IMG/VR virus record: IMGVR_UViG_3300028833_000148
Coordinates: 53,292-73,291 of that record
Origin: an uncultured virus (IMG/VR IMGVR_UViG_3300028833_000148)
Lineage: Duplodnaviria > Heunggongvirae > Uroviricota > Caudoviricetes
Direction: 5' to 3' (one strand)
DNA length: 20,000 nucleotides
Made by a program: the position numbers and the translations under genes. Below, one piece after another: positions 1 through 8,197 of the stretch. The first letter of the stretch is position 1. Every line of letters starts with the position of its first letter. The notes below the pieces were generated by a model. That model did no database searches. It worked only from the letters and a program-made list of their open reading frames with translations, and was not told where the DNA came from.

Positions 1-2
1 AA

Positions 3-1874
3 GACTATACCACTAAAAAACTAGAGCTTCAACAAAATAAATATTTAAAGGATAGGTGGATTAAAGCCAATGTAAATCTGTCTGTTACGGCATATGCTGG
101 ACTTAACAATGTTAAGCTTATGTATCGTGACGCTGATTTGATGGATGCATTTCCAGAGATTGGTGCTGCATTGGATATTGTATCAGAGGAAAGTACCATT
201 ACGAATGATAAAGGGATGATTGTAAATGTATATTCAAAATCTGACCGTATTAAAAGTATACTAGAAGATTTGTTCGTAAATAGATTGAATATACAGTTAA
301 CTGGGCAAATGATAATTCGTGCAATGTGTAAGTATGGAAACCAATTTATGCTTTTGGATATTGATAACAAAAATGGCGTAAAGGGGTGGAAACAAATGCC
401 AGTTTTCAATATGGAAAGAATTGAAAACGGAATACAAAATCCATATGGTGCTGGTGCGTCAATTGCGGTAAATGGAATCACCAAGGATAATGCTGATATG
501 TCAACACAATTTATTTGGCTAGATGATAACAACTCCCAAATACCATTCCGTGATTGGCAAATAGCGCATTTCAGATTACTTACCAATTCATTATATTTAC
601 CTTACGGAGTTAGTTATCTTAATGCAGCACGTAGGCATTGGCGTATGCTTTCTCTTATGGAAGACATGATGCTTATATATCGTTTGGAACGCTCAATTGA
701 AAGACGTGTGTATAAAATATTCGTTGGCGCAATTGATGATGCAGATGTTCAAGCATATGTTGAGAGAATCGCAAATGAATTTAAAAGGACACCAATTGTT
801 GACCCAATGACTGGGCAAATTGACCTTCGTAAAAATATATTATCAGTTGACCAAGATATTTTTATTCCTGTTCGTGATGAGAATGCGCCAACACCAATTG
901 ATACATTGTCTGCTGCACAGAACATGACCGCATTGGATGACATCAAGTTTGTACAGAACAAAGTACTGACAGCACTTAGAATACCTAAGTCATTCTTGAA
1001 TTTTGAAGAGACTGCTGGTGATGGTAAAAACCTAGCGTTAATGGATATTCGTTTTACTAGAACAGTAAATAGAATTCAGCAAGCATTTTTGATGGAATTA
1101 ACGAAAGTTGCATCAATACATTTATTTTTGCTTGGCTTTAACGATGAGTTAAATAATTTCACTTTGTCGATGAACAATCCATCAACTCAAGCAGAAGGTT
1201 TGGAGATAGAAAATATGCAGAAGAAGATTGATGCTGTTAGGGATGCTGTTAGTGACCCAGGTAATGGTCTTCCAGTTATGTCTCAGACTCGTGCATTAAA
1301 ACAGATAATGAAATGGTCTGAAAAAGAAATTAAAGAGAATCTTGAAGAAATACGTCTTGAAAAAGGTATTGCTGCTGAACTTGAGAAAACAACTCAAATC
1401 ATCAAGAAAACTGGTATATTCGATACTGTTGACAGAATATACGGTGAGCCTGGTGCCGAATATATGGATGACCAACAAGGTCAAGGAGGCATGGGTAATA
1501 ATGGAGGCATGGGAGGCGGTGGCGCACCACCTCCAGCACCTATGGGTGGAGAAGGTGACATGGGAGGAGACCTAGACGGACTCGGAGCACCTGGTGATGA
1601 TGGAAGCGGTGGAGACATTGCTGGAGCAGAAGGCTCTATGCCAACAGCCGACATGGGTTCTGACCCAAATGCACCAATGGAATCATTCAATACCAAAAAA
1701 CCATTAATAGTTGAAAGCATGTTTGATAAATACATGAATATGCTTGATGAACATTCTGTAAAGCCACAAGAGGCATCATATAAACGTGCAGATGTATATG
1801 ATAGTGAAAGTGTTATGATTAATGAGGAATTTGATAAGATGATTAAAGCACTTAACAAATATGTTGATGAATAA
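3..1874 (+). CDS. gp20: Portal vertex protein, T4 gp20-like (5'-truncated by the window edge)
   Basis: Frame is open from nt 3 (DYTTKKLELQQ...), upstream of the ORF-track Met at 120. gp20-type motifs: FPEIGAALDIVSEES, PYGVSYLNAARRHWRMLSLMEDMMLIYRLERSIERRVYKIFVG, DIFIPVR, IDTL, ALRIPKSFL, DIRFTRTVNRIQ. Gly/Pro/Met-rich C-terminal tail. Confidence 0.93.
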   Translation, partial: DYTTKKLELQQNKYLKDRWIKANVNLSVTAYAGLNNVKLMYRDADLMDAFPEIGAALDIVSEESTITNDKGMIVNVYSKSDRIKSILEDLFVNRLNIQLTGQMIIRAMCKYGNQFMLLDIDNKNGVKGWKQMPVFNMERIENGIQNPYGAGASIAVNGITKDNADMSTQFIWLDDNNSQIPFRDWQIAHFRLLTNSLYLPYGVSYLNAARRHWRMLSLMEDMMLIYRLERSIERRVYKIFVGAIDDADVQAYVERIANEFKRTPIVDPMTGQIDLRKNILSVDQDIFIPVRDENAPTPIDTLSAAQNMTALDDIKFVQNKVLTALRIPKSFLNFEETAGDGKNLALMDIRFTRTVNRIQQAFLMELTKVASIHLFLLGFNDELNNFTLSMNNPSTQAEGLEIENMQKKIDAVRDAVSDPGNGLPVMSQTRALKQIMKWSEKEIKENLEEIRLEKGIAAELEKTTQIIKKTGIFDTVDRIYGEPGAEYMDDQQGQGGMGNNGGMGGGGAPPPAPMGGEGDMGGDLDGLGAPGDDGSGGDIAGAEGSMPTADMGSDPNAPMESFNTKKPLIVESMFDKYMNMLDEHSVKPQEASYKRADVYDSESVMINEEFDKMIKALNKYVDE

Positions 1875-1908
1875 ATAAAGAGCGTGGCAATGGTCACGCT
1901 TTTTATTT
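1873..1908 (+). terminator. Intrinsic terminator after portal
   Basis: AGCGTGGC-aatg-GTCACGCT stem followed by TTTTATTTT; A-rich upstream flank. Confidence 0.75.
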
Positions 1909-1939
1909 TACGATGATATTTATAAGAAATAATGTTTCA

Positions 1940-3601
1940 ATGAAAAAAATTATATTAGAATATTTTCAAGGAAACCCTGATACAATGTCGGAGTATGATG
2001 ATTCCACTGATAAATACATGAGGTCTTGGTATTTTGACGGAGATAAGGGAATCTCATTCGGGTGGTTTCAAACATCATTAGACGGAGAAAAGGAATTTGT
2101 TTCCGAAGCGGATACTTGCCATTACCATTTGTCTCAAAAAATTGGTTATGAAATACTTGGTAAAGCAATATCTAGTGAAGATATAGAAGATGATGACATA
2201 GAAGGTATTGGACGTGCTGTTAACGACACAGCAGCATTTAAAGGAAGAACGTTTGACGAGCCGAAAATTATTACAACTTGGCATAAAGTATCTTCAGAAA
2301 AATTATATGAAATACTTGAAAATCTAGGTGGGGTAGAAAAATTCCAAGATTATAGTTATGTTTATCCAGAGGAACAAAAATGGGGTGGTAATGATGAAGT
2401 AAAGGCTGGAGATGCCAATGTCATTTGGTATATTAACTCAAACGACCAATATGTTAGTCCAACAGATATTAGATTAATGGGAATGAATATAAAAGGGTCA
2501 TATTCATTTCCAGAATGGATGGTTGACATTGTAAGGAAATATAATACGCCTAATTCTAAATTAGCCGACAAAACCGCCAAATTGGGCAACATGACAATAG
2601 CGCAATACAATTCATTGATACACCAAGAAGAAAAAGAACCTAAAAACACAATAAAAGAAAACGATATGAAAGAGAATAAATATCAAAAAGAGTTTTCAAA
2701 CTATATTGAAATAATGAATGAGGCACTTAAAAGAAATGATTTCGGTGCTTATAATGCAGCAAAACGTATGCTAGATGAAACCATTGAAGATAATAAACAT
2801 GAGAATGAATTATCGTCTGAAATGAAAACTAATAATTTCGGTATCTTAAATCATATATTTGAACAGCAATTGCCTACGTTATTTAAGACGAACAAAAAGG
2901 CTGTCAGAGACGTTGTAAAATTAATAAAGGAAGATAGTAACCTCAAGAACGAATTTGCCTTCTACAATGCGATTAAAACGCAATATAAGGGCAAGGCTGC
3001 AACTATTGCCGAAGCAAAAGAAGTGCTAGAGAAATTGGCTGATATTTCTGTTAAGGGAATAAACCAGAAAACAGTTAGGGAGTCAAATAAAAAACTTAGA
3101 AAAGTGATGCTTGAAAACAATATAATTCCTAGTGATTTCATCGATGATGAAAGTAGAAAACTATATGAATCAGGCCATATTATTCTAACACATAAGAAAA
3201 CAACTGCAAATATGATACCACTCATCGAAAGTTATCATACGGTTTGCCAATATATGGAAAATCATAAAAACGATGTGATTAAAGAAAGCAAAAATATTGA
3301 CGATTTGATAAGTGAGTTTGAGGACAAGATGAAAACAAACCTTAATGAATCTGAAATGTCATTTGTGCAGCAAATTACAGATTTTAGAAGCCCAATTGCA
3401 GAGCAGAGAAAAGAGAAACTGTTTAATAAACTTAAAGAGGATTGTCTAACAGCCATCACATCAATGCTTAAAGAAGATTCAAACAACGAAGAATTAAAAG
3501 GCTTGAGTAGCCAATTAAACGAAATGACATTTGACAAAAATAATATTGTTAAAGATATTGCAAAATTGTTGGAGATAAGAGATATATTAATGGATGATTA
3601 A
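1940..3601 (+). CDS. Hypothetical virion/prohead-associated protein, apparently two domains
   Basis: Long ORF right after portal. ATG 1940 preferred because the TATTTAT motif (1917-1923) lies downstream of the ATG at 1913. Begins MKKIILE. C-terminal half is helical/coiled-coil with many I/L-x-E motifs. Confidence 0.75.
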   Translation: MKKIILEYFQGNPDTMSEYDDSTDKYMRSWYFDGDKGISFGWFQTSLDGEKEFVSEADTCHYHLSQKIGYEILGKAISSEDIEDDDIEGIGRAVNDTAAFKGRTFDEPKIITTWHKVSSEKLYEILENLGGVEKFQDYSYVYPEEQKWGGNDEVKAGDANVIWYINSNDQYVSPTDIRLMGMNIKGSYSFPEWMVDIVRKYNTPNSKLADKTAKLGNMTIAQYNSLIHQEEKEPKNTIKENDMKENKYQKEFSNYIEIMNEALKRNDFGAYNAAKRMLDETIEDNKHENELSSEMKTNNFGILNHIFEQQLPTLFKTNKKAVRDVVKLIKEDSNLKNEFAFYNAIKTQYKGKAATIAEAKEVLEKLADISVKGINQKTVRESNKKLRKVMLENNIIPSDFIDDESRKLYESGHIILTHKKTTANMIPLIESYHTVCQYMENHKNDVIKESKNIDDLISEFEDKMKTNLNESEMSFVQQITDFRSPIAEQRKEKLFNKLKEDCLTAITSMLKEDSNNEELKGLSSQLNEMTFDKNNIVKDIAKLLEIRDILMDD

Positions 3602-3606
3602 GTGTT

Positions 3607-3831
3607 ATGAAAGATATTATAACGGAAATAATAAATGATTATCTAAAAAGTAAGTGCATGATTAATGAAAATTTTTATTGGGGGGAGGGTGATTTGATAG
3701 CAATGAGAAACTGTAAGAAAACACTTTCCGAAATTTATGATAGAATGCTTAAAAACGGCTTAACTAAAAACGTGTTTGTCGTTCAACAGCTTGGGGATAT
3801 AATAAGCAGACTTGATAAGTTATCAAGATGA
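3607..3831 (+). CDS. Small hypothetical protein (74 aa)
   Basis: ATG 5 nt after the upstream stop and followed by a terminator. N-terminus MKDIITEIINDYL...MINE loosely resembles the leader family. Confidence 0.7.
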   Translation: MKDIITEIINDYLKSKCMINENFYWGEGDLIAMRNCKKTLSEIYDRMLKNGLTKNVFVVQQLGDIISRLDKLSR

Positions 3832-3864
3832 AAAAATGGCTGAGATTCGTTTCTCAGCCATTTT
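3831..3864. terminator. Bidirectional intrinsic terminator
   Basis: AAAATGGCTGAGA-ttcgtt-TCTCAGCCATTTT inverted repeat with A/T tracts on both sides. Confidence 0.85.
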
Positions 3865-3894
3865 GTTTTTATAATCATATATTATTCGGTTGTG

Positions 3895-3926
3895 CAAATA
3901 TACGAAAAATAATTCATTTGACCAAA
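3895..3926 (-). promoter_or_regulatory. Bacteroidota sigma-A type promoter (-33 TTTG / -7 TATATTTG)
   Basis: Minus strand reads TTTG-(20 nt)-TATATTTG, matching the Bacteroidetes TTTG-N19-21-TAnnTTTG consensus. Confidence 0.7.
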
Positions 3927-3970
3927 TATTTTAAATGCTTTTAATACTATTTATTGATAAAATATAAGTT

Positions 3971-5296
3971 ATGCTAATACAGCCAAAACCATATATGGAT
4001 AAATTGAAACTCAGACACCATGCATTTGGTGTTGAGCGCAGACGTAATATGTCAAAAATGATATTGGAAAAAGGAACTCCATTTCCCTTACCAATTGAAT
4101 ATTCTGACATAGATGAAGCAATGTTTAGGTGGGTGGAAGAACACATACAGATAACGTATGATGGAAAAAGGCTTCCTACATATAAACTATACAGTACGCA
4201 AAGACTTAGTGAATACATTCAAGAATGGGATAAACAAGACGAAACTGGTAACCCAATTATAAATTTCAAAACTGTTACACGTGAGAATAACCCTCAGAAA
4301 GGTGAAAGCCAAGGAAACTATTTCAATATTCCTGGGCATAAGGATTTTGCAATGTTTTATGTTCCAGTATTACAAGAAAATGGAACAGAGGCTTACGACA
4401 AATACACGATGAAACAGCCGTTTCAAGTAAATTTCATTTATTCGATTTCCATTGTTGCTAACAAAATGGAGATAATAAATGAAATGAACGAGCTTATGCA
4501 CTATGAATTTAGTGCAATTGATTGCTATATATCTCCTAATGGTCATCCAATGTCAATGACGCTTGAGGACGTTTCCGATAATTCTGAGTATGCAATTGAT
4601 GACCGTAAATACTATTCACAGACATATAAGGTCAAAGTAAGGGGTTATATAATAAGAAAAGAAGACTACAAGGTAGAAAGAATTCCATCTAGGTTTTTAA
4701 TGCCTTGGCGTGATTCAGATGCTACTGGTATCATTCATCGCAGAGGTAAGAACAGAAGGGATGAAGAAAAAGTTACATTTATGACGTTCAAACTAGATGA
4801 GGAACAGAAATTCAAAATTGAGTCATTGGTGAATGATGATGAAAACTGCCCAGTGCCAGATATGATACCAACAGACAAACCTTCAGAAATATTTGAGGAA
4901 ACGAGTGACGCTGACGATTGCTGCGAAAAGAAACCCGACAGATATTATAACAAAATAATGAAGGTTATAATGAATTTCGATTGTGTGACAGAACTTGAAT
5001 TTGAAATAGACAAAGATATGGTTCTTGAATCAGTAGAAACAAAAAATGTATTCGATTTCAAACTGTTGGTGAACGGTGAGTTAATGAATTTGGAAAACGA
5101 TATAAAATTCATTAATGGCGATAATATAATGGTTAGAATCAGTAGGGATGACATTGAAAAAGCATCCGAGGTGACGTTGGTTGGATACGACCCAGAGGTA
5201 GCAATTGATAGCGTACTACCAGAGGTGGCAATTGATGAACCAATTGATGAGGAACATATTTTGATTAACCCTAGAGAAGAAAACGAAAATGAATGA
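3971..5296 (+). CDS. Putative tail terminator/neck protein (T4 gp15-like) with acidic C-terminal extension
   Basis: Pattern DIDEAMF...QRLSEY...WDKQDETGNPI...TVTRE...PFQVNFIYSISI...MNEL...YYSQTYKVKVRGYII resembles gp15-like proteins of large myoviruses. TATTTAT at 3948; structural gene context. Confidence 0.55.
   Translation: MLIQPKPYMDKLKLRHHAFGVERRRNMSKMILEKGTPFPLPIEYSDIDEAMFRWVEEHIQITYDGKRLPTYKLYSTQRLSEYIQEWDKQDETGNPIINFKTVTRENNPQKGESQGNYFNIPGHKDFAMFYVPVLQENGTEAYDKYTMKQPFQVNFIYSISIVANKMEIINEMNELMHYEFSAIDCYISPNGHPMSMTLEDVSDNSEYAIDDRKYYSQTYKVKVRGYIIRKEDYKVERIPSRFLMPWRDSDATGIIHRRGKNRRDEEKVTFMTFKLDEEQKFKIESLVNDDENCPVPDMIPTDKPSEIFEETSDADDCCEKKPDRYYNKIMKVIMNFDCVTELEFEIDKDMVLESVETKNVFDFKLLVNGELMNLENDIKFINGDNIMVRISRDDIEKASEVTLVGYDPEVAIDSVLPEVAIDEPIDEEHILINPREENENE
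5192..5236 (+). repeat. Two 18-bp direct repeats at 27-bp spacing encoding PEVAID twice
   Basis: ccagaggtagcaattgat (5192-5209) and ccagaggtggcaattgat (5219-5236). Confidence 0.85.
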
Positions 5297-5324
5297 TATT
5301 TATTTAGAAAATACGTATAGAAAT

Positions 5325-5705
5325 ATGAATAAAAAACTTATAAGGCTTACAGAATCAGACCTTCATAAGATTGTGAAAGAGTCTGTGAATAGAATTTTGA
5401 ATGAAATCGGCAACACAGAAGGAGGACAAAGAAGATTAGGGGCATTACAAGCAAGAAAAGTAATTAATGCAAATGGTGGCACAATTGATGACTTGTTTAA
5501 GAGTCAATCAGACAATGGAGGAAAAATATATAACTATGCAAAACAAAAGCGTTCATCTTTGGGAAATGACACAGATGAACACGGAATGATTACAAATCCT
5601 CTATATAAAGAATATGCTAATGGATACACAGAATATTTAAACTCTCATCCAGAAGAGCGTTCAAGAAGAACTGAAAGATTGAGAAAATTGGGGTACTATG
5701 GTTAA
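5325..5705 (+). CDS. LTESDLH-leader protein 1 (putative internal head protein)
   Basis: MNKKLIRLTESDLHKIVKESVNRILNE leader. ATG 5325 follows TATTTAT at 5297, so the upstream ATG at 5289 is unlikely. Confidence 0.8.
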   Translation: MNKKLIRLTESDLHKIVKESVNRILNEIGNTEGGQRRLGALQARKVINANGGTIDDLFKSQSDNGGKIYNYAKQKRSSLGNDTDEHGMITNPLYKEYANGYTEYLNSHPEERSRRTERLRKLGYYG

Positions 5706-5793
5706 AGCACAAAAAATTATATATAAAGAGCAGCTATCAATCTGCCTCTAATCTCAAGCTACTTTTAACAAATCCAATTGACTTGTCAAATAT

Positions 5794-5827
5794 ATGAGCG
5801 AATAATTCCGATTCGCTCATTTTATTT
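5794..5827 (+). terminator. Intrinsic terminator
   Basis: ATGAGCGAAT-aattccg-ATTCGCTCAT followed by TTTATTT. Confidence 0.75.
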
Positions 5828-5838
5828 AATACCGCCTA

Positions 5839-5869
5839 TTGATTTTTATCAAAAAATTGTTATATTTTA
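5839..5869 (+). promoter_or_regulatory. Putative promoter TTGATTTTT-N13-TATATTTTA
   Basis: Same bipartite motif and spacing upstream of the helicase on the minus strand (16530-16560). Confidence 0.5.
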
Positions 5870-5891
5870 TATGTACTAAACAATATAACAA

Positions 5892-6326
5892 ATGAAGCGT
5901 TTAAATAAGGAATATAAGTTAGATGTATGCAACCATGTAATTGTAAAATATGGTAGTGTCAACAAGGACAATCCACAAGTTATTTATGTAAGTGGAAAAT
6001 GTTGGGTATCCCCCAAAACTCAAATGGATTATGGATATGTCATATCGAGGATTGAGAAAGAAATGAAAAAAAGTATAAAGTTATTCTTGATTGACGAAAT
6101 AAATTTTACTAATAGGTTTATATTGGATTTTGACATCAACACAGATAAATTCAATATTGGCGATAAAAAGTTTCTATCCTTTGATTTCTATCTGAGGCAG
6201 AATGATTCTGATGTGAAGAAACTAAAGGATTTGAAAGAAATGCTTTCTAATAAAGTAAGCACGGTTGTCAACAACTTAGTTTATCTTTTCAAGGAAAATG
6301 GCTTTACTGTGGAGAAAAGAAAGTAA
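5892..6326 (+). CDS. Hypothetical phage protein (144 aa)
   Basis: Clean ORF with A-rich leader; globular alpha/beta-looking sequence (KYGSVNKDNPQVIYVSGKCWVSP); no function recognised. Confidence 0.8.
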   Translation: MKRLNKEYKLDVCNHVIVKYGSVNKDNPQVIYVSGKCWVSPKTQMDYGYVISRIEKEMKKSIKLFLIDEINFTNRFILDFDINTDKFNIGDKKFLSFDFYLRQNDSDVKKLKDLKEMLSNKVSTVVNNLVYLFKENGFTVEKRK

Positions 6327-6362
6327 TCTTATGTTATATTTATATTAAAATATACATTAAAT

Positions 6363-6740
6363 ATGAAAAGGATTATAAGGTTAACAGAATCTGACTTACA
6401 TAGGATTATTAGGAATTCAGTATCTAGGATATTAAAAGAAGATGTTCTAGGAAATGACTGGCGTCAAGGTGATGATAATTCAGTCATGAACAACTATGAG
6501 CCATTTGAAGACCAGATTGATAGATACGAGGCTGAGAATGAATTCAGAAATCAGCATGATTGGGGTGCTCAAGGCGAAGAGGATATTGACCCAACACATT
6601 ATAACCAAGACAGCAATGTACTAGGTTGGAATGATGATGAAGCAGAAGGGTATAAGGAAGACCCAGATTGGTATAGGGATGATGTAAACCAAGTTAACGA
6701 TAGTCCGTCAGACGGAGATTTATATCGTGGCAGTTGGTAA
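6363..6740 (+). CDS. LTESDLH-leader protein 2 with highly acidic, probably disordered cargo
   Basis: MKRIIRLTESDLHRIIRNSVSRILKE leader, then a D/E/N/W/Y-rich body. TATTTAT at 6337. Confidence 0.85.
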   Translation: MKRIIRLTESDLHRIIRNSVSRILKEDVLGNDWRQGDDNSVMNNYEPFEDQIDRYEAENEFRNQHDWGAQGEEDIDPTHYNQDSNVLGWNDDEAEGYKEDPDWYRDDVNQVNDSPSDGDLYRGSW

Positions 6741-6770
6741 TAAAATAAAAACTATTGTTTATTTAAAATT

Positions 6771-7169
6771 ATGGTAAGAATAATAAGGTTAACTGAAAAT
6801 GACTTACATAGGATAGTTGGCAATTCTGTTAAAAGAATCATAAAAGAAATTGGTGGGGTTTACCCAGATGGGCAAATGGATATGTTTCTTGACCAAGATG
6901 GGGTTGATGAGTATAGAAGCCAATCAAATAATGGAATGATTCAAGGATTGCTAAAAGCAGAGAAACTATGCGGATGGGGTCATTCAGCAACAAAAGATAT
7001 GGGAAATTATACTGTTTATACTTGCTACCCTAAAAACGGAATGCATAAAAGCAGACAAGAATTTATGGACGCAATAATAAATTTCTCTCCTAGGAAAAAC
7101 AGTGTACATTTTGTATCTAACAGAGGTGGTGTGACAGATGCATTTATGGTCAGAATTGACAATATATGA
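6771..7169 (+). CDS. LTESDLH-leader protein 3
   Basis: MVRIIRLTENDLHRIVGNSVKRIIKE leader, then an unrelated globular-looking body. Confidence 0.85.
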   Translation: MVRIIRLTENDLHRIVGNSVKRIIKEIGGVYPDGQMDMFLDQDGVDEYRSQSNNGMIQGLLKAEKLCGWGHSATKDMGNYTVYTCYPKNGMHKSRQEFMDAIINFSPRKNSVHFVSNRGGVTDAFMVRIDNI

Positions 7170-7176
7170 GAAAGAT

Positions 7177-7210
7177 AAAGCGAAGCCTTTAAATGAGACT
7201 TCGCTTTTTT
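7177..7210. terminator. Intrinsic terminator between convergent units
   Basis: AAAGCGAAG...CTTCGCTTT stem followed by a T tract; A-rich upstream flank. Confidence 0.75.
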
Positions 7211-7368
7211 ATTTCGTTTAATAGAATGTTGTTATCTTCAATTATATCCTCAATAAACAAGGCATCGTCATACATATGATTGAAATGCTCATCGAGTCTA
7301 TGCAAAGAATGGAATTTATTGAAAATATATATTATTGGAATATTGTGTTCTTTTATATAAAAAAACAT
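7189..7368 (-). pseudogene. 59-codon ORF, possible C-terminal relic of a PD-(D/E)xK/DUF559-like homing endonuclease
   Basis: Hand translation MFFYIKEHNIPIIYIFNKFHSLHRLDEHFNHMYDDALFIEDIIEDNNILLNEIKKRSLI. ATG overlaps the protease stop (TAATG). KEHNIPIIYIF parallels KENGVKLLYF near the end of the nuclease domain of 12422..13351. Confidence 0.45.
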
Positions 7369-8078
7369 TAAGAATTCAAAATATTTTTAATTTTATTTAT
7401 TTTTTCGTTAATAGGTGTTTTATTATTATTTACCACATTTTTTTCAATCCAAAGACCCATTTCTTCCTCGCCATTCATTGATATAAAGGCATTATTTGTA
7501 CTAGGGTCACTGACAACATCCCAACATATTAATTCAAAGTCATCACCAACAATGTATTGTCCTAGTTTTTGTTCTACTGACCCAACACCTCTTGATGATA
7601 CACCAATTTTATATCCATTGATGAGAAGGTTCGCCATCTGGTCTCCGCGTGTTGTCACCATACCATATTTTCTGAAACCATATGATGTGTTAATTTCTAG
7701 TTTTCCGACAAGGGTTCTTCCTTCCCAGTGTAATTCTACTATATTTATTGCAATTCTATCTAGGTCAATGGTACTTTCTGCTGGGTGATTTAATTCGCCC
7801 AATGCCCTTCTTTCGTCAATTTTCTGCTGATATAATTCAACTTGTTTTTTTAATACTTCCTCTGGATATATTCTACCATTAGCATTTTTAATGCCGAATT
7901 TTTGGAAAACAGCGTCTACGACAAATGGGTATGGGATATTCCATTCACCATTTTCTATTCCTTCCCTAATCATTTGGTTTTCTTTTGTGTTTTTCAAAAA
8001 CATAAATCCATCGTTTTCAATTAGAATACCATGACCAGTTTTACCCTCTTTAATTATATCTAATTCATTTTTTTTCAT
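7368..8078 (-). CDS. gp21: Prohead core protein protease (T4 gp21-like, peptidase S77/U9)
   Basis: Motifs KNANGRIYPEEVL, ALGELNHP (catalytic His), GVSSRGVGS (catalytic Ser), WDVVSDPS. Confidence 0.95.
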   Translation of the reverse strand: MKKNELDIIKEGKTGHGILIENDGFMFLKNTKENQMIREGIENGEWNIPYPFVVDAVFQKFGIKNANGRIYPEEVLKKQVELYQQKIDERRALGELNHPAESTIDLDRIAINIVELHWEGRTLVGKLEINTSYGFRKYGMVTTRGDQMANLLINGYKIGVSSRGVGSVEQKLGQYIVGDDFELICWDVVSDPSTNNAFISMNGEEEMGLWIEKNVVNNNKTPINEKINKIKNILNS

Positions 8079-8190
8079 TTTTATTAATTTTTATTATAAA
8101 TATTTATCACAAACCAAATATTTATAATATACAAAGCATAATTACAACGAATTAAAAAACATTAAGTGATATTTTTTTGTTATTATGTAA

Positions 8191-8197
8191 TATTTAT
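8191..8197 (+). promoter_or_regulatory. Putative late promoter TATTTAT (scaffold gene)
   Basis: One of ten upstream copies; the extended context TATTTATATT...AAAATAAT is shared with the capsid gene leader at 9801. Confidence 0.6.

Noticed and set aside
29..1897. Antisense and alternate-frame ORFs over the portal (29..586, 749..961, 1296..1484, 1342..1575, 1481..1897)
   Set aside because: Shadows of a well-supported gene; the Pro/Ser-rich one mirrors the Gly-rich portal tail.
6331..6357. Imperfect hairpin upstream of ORF 6363
   Set aside because: Almost all A/T, bulged, and does not cover the ATG; plausible by chance.
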